Shown piece by piece: positions 22,990 through 35,032 of a DNA stretch of 59,300 bases. Made by a program: the position numbers and the translations under genes. Each line of letters opens with the position of its first letter. Positions within the stretch are counted from its first letter, which is position 1. The notes below the pieces were generated by a model, which had not been told where the DNA came from, searched no databases, and saw only the letters and a list, made by a program, of their open reading frames with translations. This DNA comes from Craspedostauros australis (Eukaryota): the NCBI GenBank assembly GCA_030167865.1, contig JALAGF010003442.1:1-59300 (forward strand). Reading direction: 5' to 3'.

Positions 22990-23677
22990 GATGCACTGAA
23001 CAATATATTGGGTACATGTATAGTATGATGATGGGCGAAGCTAAACCTTGTGACGACGCAACGTGACGTGAAGTGACGCGATTCCAAAGAGAGATAGATG
23101 AAGACGTTCGGAAGGAGGAGGAAGAGGAGAAGAAACGATGATTTGGTTCATGGTCGCTGAATCCTTCGCGTTCTTGTTGTGTTCAAGGCTTCGTCTTTCG
23201 CGCAAAGCACGACACAACGCAACGCACGAGTGTGTCTTCTCCATTTCTGACGATTCGCTTTGGCTGAGATTCCAATTGAGCAACGACGTCTCACAATGAA
23301 GGACACTCTAAGTATTACCTATAAGATATATTTTGCCTTGTATCCTATTTTCGAACAACCATTCCAGGTCATTGTGGACTATTTCAACATTGACGGCATA
23401 GAACAACGGCAGAGAGTAGAGAGCCGTGTCTGTTTGGGAGGTTGCGACCGGATCGAAATTGCCATTTGCAGCCTCCTGAGTAATTACTCGTACCAAAGAT
23501 CGTACCCGTCTGTGTACATAGATATCCATCCGCACGTATCCGCACGCTCTGTCAAGATGCAGTATACCATTGTGATTGAAGCATCAAGCAGAGCGTGAAC
23601 TATTATTACGCACTAGTCTGTGTTTAGACGATTGATGGCGCTAGTTGATCGATTGTGGAGGGTGGTGAGGTGATGGC

Positions 23678-24550
23678 TCACATTTTGACTTCGCTCAATT
23701 CTCCAACAAAGTGAGAAATGGTGCCGCTTGTGTCAAACAAGGGCCCGACCCGTAGCCGGTTGCGGAACTTTCTGCCCTGCTTCGTGTAATTGGTGAGCAC
23801 CGTCCCCGCTTCTTCTCCTCTGATGAGCAGGGACATGACGGCGGTGATGGATGCCTGGTCTGTTTCCTCACCCTGCAGCAGCTCGCGCATGGTTTTGCCC
23901 TGCGACTCGACGTAGGTGTACCCACAAAGCCCCTCCCAGGCCTTGTTCACGTTGACGATTCGGAACGGCGACGCGATCTCGGTCACAACAAGCGCGCGGT
24001 TGGAATGCTCATCATGCAGAGCATCATTTAGCGTGCGTGGAAGCGGGATGTCGGCGATGTGCCGTTGCTTCGCCTTGTATTCGTCGATGCTCTTTGTGAG
24101 CTGAGTTCGGCTGATCCGAATCTGCTCCCTCATCTGATCGGTGAGCTCCATGCCGAACGGCGGGAAGATGGAGTTGCCGGACGAGCTGTGTTCGAGGGAG
24201 TACACCATCTGGTGACGGAGATTTTCATTCTACGATTGGAGAGGATTGGGATGCGGTGGACGATGCCATGCATTGAAATAGATTGCGATGGCACAGTAAA
24301 CAGGGAGAAGGGTGAGTTGTGGCTGACGATGCTTCATAATACATAAATTCACGAGTACCAGTATTTGCAAGGTACGTACATCTGATAACGCGCGCAGCAG
24401 TGTTTGGCGCGAAGTCTTCCAATCCTGGCTGGGCGCCATCGATGTGCCCAGTCGCGATCGTTGCTGCACCTTCTCCAGAGACGCCTGGCGGAGCCGCTGT
24501 GCCACGGTGGTGCCGACACGGCGCGCGGATGGATGGTTTGGCTTGATCAT
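23678..24550 (-). CDS. PAS (LOV-like) domain protein lacking the photoactive Cys; 2 exons, ~240 aa
   Basis: ALVVTE...IVNVNKAWEGLCGY...GKTMRELLQGEETD...TNYTKQGRKFRNRLRVGPL...HFVG. Phase-0 intron 24379-24230 (GTACGT...TAG). Confidence 0.82.
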
Positions 24551-26500
24551 TGTGGGTGCTGATTGGATATGCACGTGTGCTGTCTGAATACTGGTGCTTG
24601 TGATGAGCGGTTTGGACTCGTCTCGTCTCGTCGCTTGTTGCGGTTGCGCACTGGTTCGATGTGAGTTGATACGGTGGTGTGTCTCTGTGGCCCAAGCAGC
24701 TTTCGGTCTTGTGAGAACTTGGTCTTGGTCTTGGTGTTGTTGTACTTTCGATGCTCGTTTGCTTGCTTCTGTCCTGTGATTTTGGCGTGCGTCTTGGATT
24801 TGTGAGACAAGCGAACAACTTCGCGAACTCGTGTCAGCGAATGTTGGGTTGTGCTCGGGTTTGCATGAGACGTTGGTGGTTGATGCCGTGCTGTGTTCTG
24901 TATTGTGTGTGGTGATGGGTTCTTGTGCCAGTACCTACTGCTCCATCTCCAACGGAGGAATGCGTGAATCTGCTTCAAACACGACGCTTCATGATGGGGG
25001 GAGCACGCAGAACAAGTCAGGAACAGAACATCTTCGTGCACGAATGATCTCTCTCTCTCTGCTCTCTTTGTTTTTCGCACGCAGGTGTGATGTCGCGGAG
25101 AGAGCATCATCGTGGAACCTCGTTGACGAAAACGCCGATGTTCTTTTTCTTCAATCGACCGTTAAAGCCATCACATCAAATCCGAAGTCTGCACAACAGA
25201 CATTCCGCAGCATCTGGTCACGAACATGACAGGAAGTCGGGCGAAGATTCGCCGCCCAGCCATCGCTCCCCTTGGCATTCCTCGCAACCCAACACAAGTC
25301 GCCAAGCAAACAGGGTATGAGCCACGCTTTGTGGCACAGTACGAGCAATGCCGACCATGACATCCCAGTGGACATGCAACAAGCTGCCACAGTGCGCGAT
25401 TCTGGATCCATCAGGCGATCTTGGGCATGAATAGTTTAATACTACTATGTCAGATTGCTAGCCTCCAACTCGAAGAACCTTGGCCTCCATGGCGGTTCGT
25501 TCGATACCGCGGCAGATCAGCAACGGGCAGCATGATTTTCACGACCACCTCCACGACGATCTTCGGCTTGTGCGAAACATCGACGTCTGGCTTCAGAAAC
25601 TTCCAACATCATTTGTATGGCGAGATTTCCGGGTGGTTGAGACACAAATTCCAACTCAGTGCTGATGACGCTGTCCGGCAGCAAGGGGTATAGTACGTCT
25701 GTTCGAGTTGCCGCTTGGGATCCACCAAGAGCTGGGCGGCCGCAGCGGTCGTTTCCATCGTCGACTTGTTGTCCCCACCTTCGGCTTTGCTGACGATCGC
25801 TTCAGCAGGAACAAGGCCATGTTTGTTTCGGCTGGCAATTGGTAATTGGTTGGTTTTGGTGGGAAACTCTGACGCTGATGTGAGCGACGCTCAGGATGTA
25901 GGTGATGTGAGAGAACTCCGTCGGCAACCCTCCTCTTCCGCTGGTTCGTTGTAGCGACCCTCTCTACGCACATAGTACTATATATTCGAAGTACCATACC
26001 ATCCTTCGGCGATGCGAGTATCGTGAGGTTCAGCTTGAGCGGCTGTGTTCGTGGGGCTTTCGCGGTGGCTCTAGTTGTTCTGTCGGCTCTGGTATGGTTG
26101 GGCAAGCTGCACTCGAGTATGCTGTGTCGTAATCATATGGTACTTACATCATCATCCGATCCTAAAAATCAACTCCATACAGCCTATTATTATACAAGTG
26201 TAAACTAGGGCTGCCCCGATCTGCGTGTCATCCATTGTAGGCTTCTCTATTTCTAGACTTACAGTCACAGGCTAATGTGGCTGTTGGTGATTATTTAACG
26301 AGCGAAACGAAAGGAAGACAATCGAACAGGAAAGAGGCAACACGGAGATCGGCACAGACGAAACGAAAACCTCCACGACGCAAACCAAAACCGGAGAGAG
26401 GAAGAGAACAAACGCACAAAATCCACCGTCGGACATGGCTGCACACGCAGCATGTCAGGAAGGATAGCATCATCGCACAAAGAGATCAAGGAAGATTGCA

Positions 26501-27769
26501 ATGATGGCGATCACCAAGATCTCACAAACTAGTACCATCATGACGAACTCACACCAGTACTACCATCAGCAACAGAACCACGAGCAGGAGCACGAGCAGG
26601 AGCAAAGTGGAAGCAGCGATGCGGCAGGAACGCGGATGGCGTCCACGGAGATCGCAGTTCTGCGGTCCATGTCATCATCGTTGTCGCCACGACACCACCA
26701 GAAGAGATCACCATGGCGATCATGCAGCGGGAATCTGCGCATGATGATGACCCTGCTTGCGTTGACACTTCTGCTATCCCAACCAAGATGCTGCGAAGCA
26801 CTGTACAATCCGCAACCATGTCAGCAGACAGGATTGAACAGCAGAGCTACATTCCCCTACGCCCAGCGCGCGAAGCTACCACCTTTGGCGCAGAGCAAGG
26901 ATCCATGGGACGGCGACGATATACGTTGGTCGAGCCGAGCGATGCGACGATACGTCCGATCATCGAAGCGCCGCAGCAAGCCAATCGTGTTGCGCTCGTT
27001 GATGATAGGAAACTGCATTGCCTTTCTGTGGCAGACGTTGTCATCGATCGCGTTTTTTCGCACCAACTATCCAGCTTACTGGCAAACAAGCAGCTTCGCC
27101 ATCATTCTCAAATCGCTGGAGGGATCCTTGACATCTAATAGTCCGTTCGTTCAACGATTCATCTTTGCGAGCATGCTGGCGAAGCGGGAACCGTGGAGAT
27201 TCGTCACGGCAGGGTTCCTACACGGTGGCACGTTCCACCTGGCCGCCAACATGAACGCCCTGAACGGCATACCAGAGTGGTTGGAGACCGGCCTAGGAAT
27301 TCCCCTGCTTCTCACGGCGTACTTCGCGGCCATCGTGGCTGGGAACATTGGCCACCTGTTCGTCCAAGGGGGACTCAGATCTTACGCCCTTGGTGCCAGC
27401 GGCGGGATCTGCGGCCTGTACGGACTCATGTTCGCCTCGCTTGCCAAGATGGGCAACAGATCCTCGGCGTCCAGCGTCTTGCAAGGAATGGGGACGATCA
27501 TTCTCGCTGGCCTGTTCATCCCAAACGTCAGCAACGCGGGGCATATCGGCGGCTTCATTGGCGGAGCCCTTGTGGGGTACCTGTCGGGACCCAAGTACGC
27601 AAAGAGCTATGCCATGACACGCAAGAACAGCGTGGAGCACGATCCGCATTCCCCGCAGTACCGTCGGAGCATGGGGCACGGAGTGATGCCAACACGGAAG
27701 GGCACTGTGCCGTTGCCTGTTCTTTGGTGCATCATGGTGGCGTGTGCTGTCGCTTGGTTGAAAGCGTAG
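26501..27769 (+). CDS. Rhomboid intramembrane serine protease (S54)
   Basis: EPWRFVTAGFLH, HLAANM, catalytic GASGG and NAGHIGG. The true start may be at ~26740 (MMMTLLALTLLL, signal-like). Confidence 0.9.
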   Translation: MMAITKISQTSTIMTNSHQYYHQQQNHEQEHEQEQSGSSDAAGTRMASTEIAVLRSMSSSLSPRHHQKRSPWRSCSGNLRMMMTLLALTLLLSQPRCCEALYNPQPCQQTGLNSRATFPYAQRAKLPPLAQSKDPWDGDDIRWSSRAMRRYVRSSKRRSKPIVLRSLMIGNCIAFLWQTLSSIAFFRTNYPAYWQTSSFAIILKSLEGSLTSNSPFVQRFIFASMLAKREPWRFVTAGFLHGGTFHLAANMNALNGIPEWLETGLGIPLLLTAYFAAIVAGNIGHLFVQGGLRSYALGASGGICGLYGLMFASLAKMGNRSSASSVLQGMGTIILAGLFIPNVSNAGHIGGFIGGALVGYLSGPKYAKSYAMTRKNSVEHDPHSPQYRRSMGHGVMPTRKGTVPLPVLWCIMVACAVAWLKA

Positions 27770-28311
27770 AGTCGCCATGTCACATTACGATGGTATGTAT
27801 TATCTACAATACTCTGAGAGTGAAAAAAACACGGCGATGATGTGAGCAATCTCGGCACACTACGACAACAATTGATAGCGACAGCACATCAAAACAATAT
27901 AATAATAATACGAATGCCACAATGGTAGTAGAGGACATCTTCCTCCATGATCCACAAAAATATTATGCCATACGTTGTTGACTTGTGTGTCTTCATTCCC
28001 ATCACGCTCTGCAGTTGTGAGAAATGCAACATGTCTGAAGTTGGCTCGAGCCTTGGACTGCGGAAGAGTGGATGTACTTGAATCTATTCAGGTGCTGCTG
28101 ATACATACTCGTAGAATGGAGCAGACTGACGTGCATCCCAAATACACTCACATGGTGTAATACCATACTCGTATGAAGCAGAAAACTCTCTATCCACCCA
28201 AACATCACCATCTACGTGTATGTACCATACGTATGATACTGTAATAGTTCGTTTAAAGTACGAGTACTTACATACTTCATGGTGGGCTACCATACGATAA
28301 CCAATACGCGA

Positions 28312-31221
28312 TCAAATGAAGGCCGATTGCACGTACGTGCTCTTGATGACGGGGTCGGATCTCCTTCGTTGCATGGAGGGCGGCGGTGCCTTTCGCGGCG
28401 GCGGCTTTGGTTTGCGCTGCGCGAATAACCGCAACCCACCGTACATGGGGCACGGCGTGCGCACGTCGTTGTTGATTTCCCCCAAACCGACGCGGCCCGA
28501 GCTCTTGCCAAACGACAGCACTTGGCCGTTCTCGAGCACGATGATGGAGCTGTCGTAGCCCGCGCAGACGCGGACGATCTTTGGCGGAGCGTGGCCGCCG
28601 GACAGCCTCCGCACTTCCGGATTGTCCAACTTCACCTCGTGCGGCACCCATTCGATGGGGGCGTAATCTTCGTCCTCCGGGTGGACGCTGCCGTCCTTGC
28701 CTCCGGAACCCAGCCCCAGGCGGCTGTGCGAATTGATGCCCCAGGCGTACGCCTTGCCATCCTCCGTCAACGCGATGACATGATGAGCACCAGCGCTGAT
28801 CGACACGATTCCGGGCCGTTGGGATTCACCTGGTTGGGGAGGTAAGAAGACCTCCTTCGGTGTCGCCGTGTGTCTGTAGGAGTATGCATGGCCCAGCATG
28901 CCCTCGACGCTGAGTCCGAATGCCTTGCATCTCCCGCTGGACAGGACGACGAAGGAACAGTACGGTCCCAACGAGATTTCGGTGGGGTATTCGACTTTCG
29001 CATCCTTCTTTGGCCTGTACGATAACGATTCCAGAACGGTGGGGATGGGGAAGATGATGTCGGCCTTCCGCGTTGGCATCGCTGTCGGCTTCGACTTGCG
29101 CGACCCGCGGCGACGGTCCGATTTGGGCAAGGCGGAGTCTCCATCCACGGGAATGCCAAGCGCACCGAGCGTCGCATTGCCCCAAACGTACACTTCCACA
29201 TCTCCGGTCGCGCGTCGGACCAACGCTGCGGAATGCTCTGTCGAGGCCGCCAGCTCGAAGATGCCCTGCGGCGGACGGTCGCTGCTGTTCGCGTATCCAG
29301 TTTGGGTGGACGCCATCGAAGAGAGAGGAGATGACGCCGACGACATGGAGGAGGACGGAATGGAGGCCGATAGACGCTTGCGCAAGGCCGATTCTGGCCA
29401 GATGGTACAATGCAGGGCGACGCGGCGTGGCAACAGGACATCGTTGGAATCATCATCTTCCGCGTTTTCGGATTCCGATGTATCCTCCGTGGCCGCGGAT
29501 ACCAGGCCCAGCTTCATGTAGCTGTTGTTTCCGAAACCGTAGACCTGATGATGCAGCAGAAGGTCCTGGCTCAGCTTGCTCTCGTCGTCCTCACTGTCAT
29601 CGTCGTCTATGCTGAGCTTGCACGGCGAGGATGTGACTCGCTGCATATTGATGTTGGCCTCGGAACGGATGCCGTCGGCGCGGAAGCCATTGTTGACGCT
29701 GGAATGATGCGCTGAGGATCCGCGATCCCTGCGCAGCTTTTGCAACCTGCGTCCCTCCGTCTGCACAACCACCAAGGAATGATCGATGCCCGCAGCGCAC
29801 TGGATTGCCTTGCCGCCATTCTCCAAGAGCGGCGTAACGATGGTGGGCTCCGTGACGAAGCCACGCCTCGAGTCCTTGATGTTGGATTTGACGCCGATGC
29901 CCAGCTGGCCGTGATGGTTTAGGCCGTAAGTGAAGAGGATGGCCTCCTCCGAGATCATCAACACGTGCGCGCCAAGAGGATGCGCCGAGACCTTGGTGAT
30001 TCGGATCTGCGACAGCGACGAGAGGAACGTGGGTATGCCATGGAGGAATTCTGGCTGCGGAATTTCGAGCGGCGCATCCAGCGAGGATGCATCCTCCTTC
30101 TTCTCCTCATGGTTGTCTTCCACCTCCGCGATGGTGTTCATGCCGCGTGGGGCGTGGATGGAGCCGTGGCGCACCTTGTTGTCGAGCGTGAGTTCGACCA
30201 TGTCATTTTCGTATCCGTTGTAGTCGAAGCTGGGCAGAGGCATGATGCCTCCATCAAAGTCGCTGTATTGCGTGTGCAGGGACTCCTTGGGTGCGTAGGT
30301 TACCTGCGTGGTGCTCTGCTCCGTGCTGGTGTCGTCACAGAAGGAGTCCTGGGCCTGACTGCGCATGTGATCATCGGCGCGGCTGGGCTGATGCCGATTG
30401 GACGCAGTGACGTTGTTGCGATCCGCTGGTTGGGGCATGGCACCGCCCAGCAATCCGTGTCGCAGACGGGGCTTCTCCCACTCGTACATGGAGTACCCAT
30501 CGGACACAGTGACCGCCGTGATGTCGCTGTGGGGGGTACGCGACACGTTTGCGGCAGTGCCCATCTCGGCTTTCGTCGGGCTTCCAAAAACGGGTGACCA
30601 CGCGCTGGGCTCGATCCCCACGCCGCACACATCGCTGGTTTCGCAGCATGGCACCAGGGTGCCCGCCCATTGATCGATGGGGGACGTGATCTTTGGGTTG
30701 TTGATGTAGGGAGTCGACGAGCGTCTGCATCGGCAAACCAAGACATCACCCGACGATGACACCAGCACTGACTCCGTTCTGGACTGCGCAACACAGGATG
30801 CATCGAAGAGCGCATGGCGATGACAAATGCGCGTACTCCTCCGCTGTTTGTGCCTGCGCTTTCCGGATTTGCGGGTCCCATGCGACGATGAAGACAGCGA
30901 TCCGGATGGCGGCACCTTGTTGTGACCTGCATGCTGATTCTGACCCTTTCGTTGTCGTTGCTTTCGCGTGTGTGCGCTGCGACTGCTGTTGTCATTGGTT
31001 GTGTGCATGGGTGTGTTGCTGGCGCGAACGTGTGCCGAGCGCGTTTGCAGATGCAGTTGCGACGGCGACTGCATTGATGGTGGAAGCGACGGTGACGGAG
31101 GCGAAGACGCGTCGGCCTCCATCTGCGGCCGCGAGTGCGATTGGTCATCTCCGAAGGCCTGATCTCTGCCGCGTGTCGGCGGTGCCGATTCGGCCCTTAT
31201 CAGAACTGGCTTTCTCATCAT
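28312..31221 (-). CDS. RCC1-repeat protein, 969 aa
   Basis: Repeated RCC1 cores: YGLNHHGQLG, AAGIDHSL, FGNNSYMKLG, WGNATLGALG, SAGAHHVIALTEDGKAYAWGINSHSRLG, CAGYDSS. Confidence 0.88.
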   Translation of the reverse strand: MMRKPVLIRAESAPPTRGRDQAFGDDQSHSRPQMEADASSPPSPSLPPSMQSPSQLHLQTRSAHVRASNTPMHTTNDNSSRSAHTRKQRQRKGQNQHAGHNKVPPSGSLSSSSHGTRKSGKRRHKQRRSTRICHRHALFDASCVAQSRTESVLVSSSGDVLVCRCRRSSTPYINNPKITSPIDQWAGTLVPCCETSDVCGVGIEPSAWSPVFGSPTKAEMGTAANVSRTPHSDITAVTVSDGYSMYEWEKPRLRHGLLGGAMPQPADRNNVTASNRHQPSRADDHMRSQAQDSFCDDTSTEQSTTQVTYAPKESLHTQYSDFDGGIMPLPSFDYNGYENDMVELTLDNKVRHGSIHAPRGMNTIAEVEDNHEEKKEDASSLDAPLEIPQPEFLHGIPTFLSSLSQIRITKVSAHPLGAHVLMISEEAILFTYGLNHHGQLGIGVKSNIKDSRRGFVTEPTIVTPLLENGGKAIQCAAGIDHSLVVVQTEGRRLQKLRRDRGSSAHHSSVNNGFRADGIRSEANINMQRVTSSPCKLSIDDDDSEDDESKLSQDLLLHHQVYGFGNNSYMKLGLVSAATEDTSESENAEDDDSNDVLLPRRVALHCTIWPESALRKRLSASIPSSSMSSASSPLSSMASTQTGYANSSDRPPQGIFELAASTEHSAALVRRATGDVEVYVWGNATLGALGIPVDGDSALPKSDRRRGSRKSKPTAMPTRKADIIFPIPTVLESLSYRPKKDAKVEYPTEISLGPYCSFVVLSSGRCKAFGLSVEGMLGHAYSYRHTATPKEVFLPPQPGESQRPGIVSISAGAHHVIALTEDGKAYAWGINSHSRLGLGSGGKDGSVHPEDEDYAPIEWVPHEVKLDNPEVRRLSGGHAPPKIVRVCAGYDSSIIVLENGQVLSFGKSSGRVGLGEINNDVRTPCPMYGGLRLFAQRKPKPPPRKAPPPSMQRRRSDPVIKSTYVQSAFI

Positions 31222-33962
31222 GGTTGTGTTTGCGATTGCGTCTGATGGTGTGGGTGCAATGCTGACAAGTCGTATGCTTGAGATGCGACCTGCTATGCTC
31301 TGCCTTCGCTTCCTGTTATCGCCAATGGCCGTGTATTGTTGTACAAGAGGAGCTGCGCTTCACTTTGTTGTGCTTGTTTGCAACTGATGCTGCTTCTGGT
31401 GCTGCAACTGATGCTGCAACTGACGATGCAACTGATGATGGCAGGATCAGTGAATAGTTACTGGGAGCGGAGGTATGGAACCCGCCTGTATGTGTGCTCC
31501 TGTGCGTGCTCGTATAGTATGCTTCTCGACGCTGCCGTTGCTGGGGCTGATGGGTGCTTCTCGCTGACGGACAACAAAGCGCAGTCAGCAGCAGCACATC
31601 ACCAGAGGGCGGGAGGCAATTGGGAGTTGGCGCTCGTTCGCGGACTTGTGCGTATCCGAATGGTATGGCGACTCGTGCAGCACCGGTCGGCGGAGTGAAG
31701 AAGAGTACGGGTATTTGCGCCCACTGATGTGCGCTCTACCAGACTCGTGCTGGGACTTGTTGGGTACAAGACTCCGCCAGGCTCTGCCTACTGTTCGTGC
31801 CGATGTTGAAGAGAACACGAAGCCTGTCGATCGTGTGGACTCCGCTGTTCGTGTTTTCCTCCGTCTTTTGTTGTTTCAAACACTTCGTTCTTGTGATCAG
31901 CCAACGCTTGCTGCGGTCGAGTATGGCAAGGATATAGCAAGAGTATGGTACGAGGATGGCAAGAGTATAGCGGAGTAGAGGAATCAACAATGACGATCGT
32001 TCTTTGCCGTGCTATGTTGAGTGGACGGTGATGCAGTGATGTCGTAATGCAGTGATGAATAGTAATGTTGCCGTTGTTGCCTCTGTTGTTGTCGTTGTTG
32101 TTGTTATTCTGAGAGCGGTGGTCTTGTTTGCCGGTCTGTCTTTCGGAGATGGAGATGGAAGTCTCTGGACTCTGCGATCAGTCACCAGGAAACAATGGAA
32201 ATCGCAACAGCCACAAATACCAGCAAGAGATCCAACATGACGGTGTCGACAACAACAGCAACAACGGCGGTAACGGCTTGAACGATGTTTACGGGAAAAA
32301 GAAGCCGGGCGCCAAAAGACGAACAAAGAAACCTCCTCACACGGTGCTGCACGCTGCGTGGTGACGCCACGCTTCGTGTGACGGTTGCGATAACCAAAGA
32401 CGTTAATGGACCAACCGTCACCCTTTCTTTGGACGACCTTGCATGCTTGCTCCATCACGCCACACGCTCCATTTCCTTGTCGTCCACATCCAATGCCACC
32501 CTTGCTTCAACCAGTCTCCCATCTCAACGGAAGCTCGATTTAAGGATCTTTCTCTGTCGCAACGAACACGTTCGCTCAGGTTCGACGCCTTTCGAAATAT
32601 GAATTCAACGCCTCTTAACGTCTAGTTCTCTTTCTTGATTGCCACGACCGCCCCAACTCTTACTTCTTGGCGCCAATCTGTGCATTTTCTTTGCTCACAA
32701 AAACAGAACTGATCTCAAATCTCGGCCATTTGTTGACATACAGGACGAAGCCCTGTGTCACTCATACTTCCACTCATGCACTCCCAACCTGCCTTGTGCG
32801 CTCGTACATATAATAGGGACACCACAGTCTTTCCAGAGTCGAACGCAGATTTGCGCCTGACGAAGCTCGATAGGTTCTGTGCAGATCAATCGGACGAATG
32901 AGCAAATGACCAATGAATGAGTCCAACCATGAGCAGCGAGGATATGTCGCAGGAATAATGTTTAGTTTGACGAGTGGTGGCACCAGAGTCGTCCAAGCAT
33001 TGCAATGAATCATCCATCGAAGAAGTTCAAATGGGTGTTCCACGCAGATCGATACGATGCGCAATGGCACACGATGTCGTACAACGACTGGGTCTGGTTG
33101 CTAAGAACGCTGGAGAAGTCGACCCAACGTGATGGCCTCCATTCCAAAATGGAGACATCAATGGACCAGGTATTGTACTCGACGACATTGCAATGAGTGA
33201 GGCCCTTCGAAGTGCCACCATGCACTGGATCAATAGGTGAATTCAGAGCATGTATTCAAACCTGTTCCATTCTGCAACATCGCACATTGTTCGAACCGCG
33301 TTTGATGACAATGACAGCGGCGTTCGTGGCATGTCCTGGAATCTCTCCATTCTATTATTATGGTAGGGAGAGGAAGGGTCGGCATGGAATTAGCAGCAGA
33401 ATTCTTTCTCAACGGCGAGCATCCAAGAGATGGAGACACATGAACGAAGACAAGGGAAGGACCAGAATCCTGTCCACGTATTCGTTGGATGTGCGATTCT
33501 GCTCTTGTTTGCAATAACACACGAAGACCAGGATTACGCCAATCAACGGCTGGTGAACTACTCTACTCTACTCCACTCTATTCGTTTGGCTCCGTGTCGG
33601 TTTCTTGCGAATGCATTCGTCGCCAGTATCTCAACAGAGAGGGGTTCCAACTCAAGCTACGATCATGGCTAGCAATGCAGTTGCTATGCTTTGCCTTGGA
33701 GCACTTCGTTCGTCTTGCTATGCGCATACTCCTGCACGTGAAATTCTGCGCGACTCGATGGTATTGTATTGTATAATATGATACAGTACACAAGTATGTC
33801 GTGTGTAAGCGCTCATGAAAGCTCGTTCGACTACTTTACAAAAGCCTTGGCGCCTTTGCCGTCATTACATTCTCGTAGAGTATCGATGTAGTTCGAAAGC
33901 TGTGATCTCTCCCATAGTTCAACATACATCGACTCGTGCTGCCGTCTTTTGAAAGAGGATCT

Positions 33963-34343
33963 TCAGCGCCAGCAGATGAAGCTGCCGTGACATTGGAGGA
34001 TTCGGACGAAAAGCGCCAGATCGAGGAGCGCCATGAAAGCGATGAGCCTGTACAGCTTGTTCTTCTTTTGCTGGTACTTGGATCGGAGATCCTGAAGATT
34101 CTGCCTGGTTTCCTCCGTAGCTTGGCGCATATCGTGGACGTTGTCATTGGCCCCCTGAAGCTGCTGTCTCTGCGTGGCCAGTTGGGTCATGACGGCGTTG
34201 GCCGACGCCTCCGCCTGGTAGTGCGTTTTGACTGTGTCCGAAAGGACGCCAGTCTGCTGGTCGGCGAATGTTTGGCCGGGCGGACTGCCATTCTGATACG
34301 AATTGAAGCGGTTGTTCAAACCGTCGCTATTTGGGGCTGACAT
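33963..34343 (-). CDS. Short tail-anchored SNARE (Qb/Vti1-like SNARE motif)
   Basis: Heptad coiled coil with central Q (VMTQLATQRQQL), basic stretch KKNK, C-terminal hydrophobic helix. Confidence 0.7.
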   Translation of the reverse strand: MSAPNSDGLNNRFNSYQNGSPPGQTFADQQTGVLSDTVKTHYQAEASANAVMTQLATQRQQLQGANDNVHDMRQATEETRQNLQDLRSKYQQKKNKLYRLIAFMALLDLALFVRILQCHGSFICWR

Positions 34344-35032
34344 GGTCGTTGGCGTGACACGGCTGCTGTTCTTGATGCTGCGACTTTGCTACGAATACTA
34401 GGCCGTTGCGTGTCTTCTCTTGCACGGGGATTTCGTGATTGTGGAAACACTCGAGGATGTGCTTTGGTGCTTGTTGTTGAGTGTGGAACGCCACGCCCGC
34501 TGAAACAGATCAGATCAAGGAGAGTATAATTGAAAGGTAGGAACGTTTCAATCGTTGCACGAAGCACCCAGGGTACGTTTGCCAAAGGCAGTCTTTGTGT
34601 CGATAGAGTAGATCAAAGCACAGAGCAGAGAGAGATGGTTGTGTCCCAACAGATTGTATCACCAGTGTCATTCGAATTGTTCTTGCTTTTGTGCTGTTTG
34701 TTGTTGTTGTTGCTGTCGACACACAGAGCAAACATTCAACGACAAACACAGAAGCACATGAAAATCTGACTGTCGACTCAATGGACTGCGAAGGCGATGA
34801 TAGATTCAATCACAAACCTAGAAACGGTGCGTACCAGGGCAGTAACGATTGACTTCGAACTTCCAAAGAGGACTCGTACACGTGATGTGATGATGCATAG
34901 TACTCTAATTACCGGCAATAGCTATGATCTTTGTTGCATCCTCTTTGTGAGGGCCGTTCTTGTCTGCCTTCTTGCAGGTATTTCCCTCTCTCTCCGGAGG
35001 GGAAGAGAGAGAGAGAGGAAGAGGGTGCCTGC

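Noticed and set aside
24800-26300. Possible small genes or a pseudogene between the PAS and rhomboid genes
   Set aside because: Only short stop-interrupted frames with no recognisable family or consistent splice model.
31600-33800. Protein-like fragments (for example 33010-33225 minus and 32128-32364 plus)
   Set aside because: They cannot be joined or assigned by eye; a homology search would be needed.
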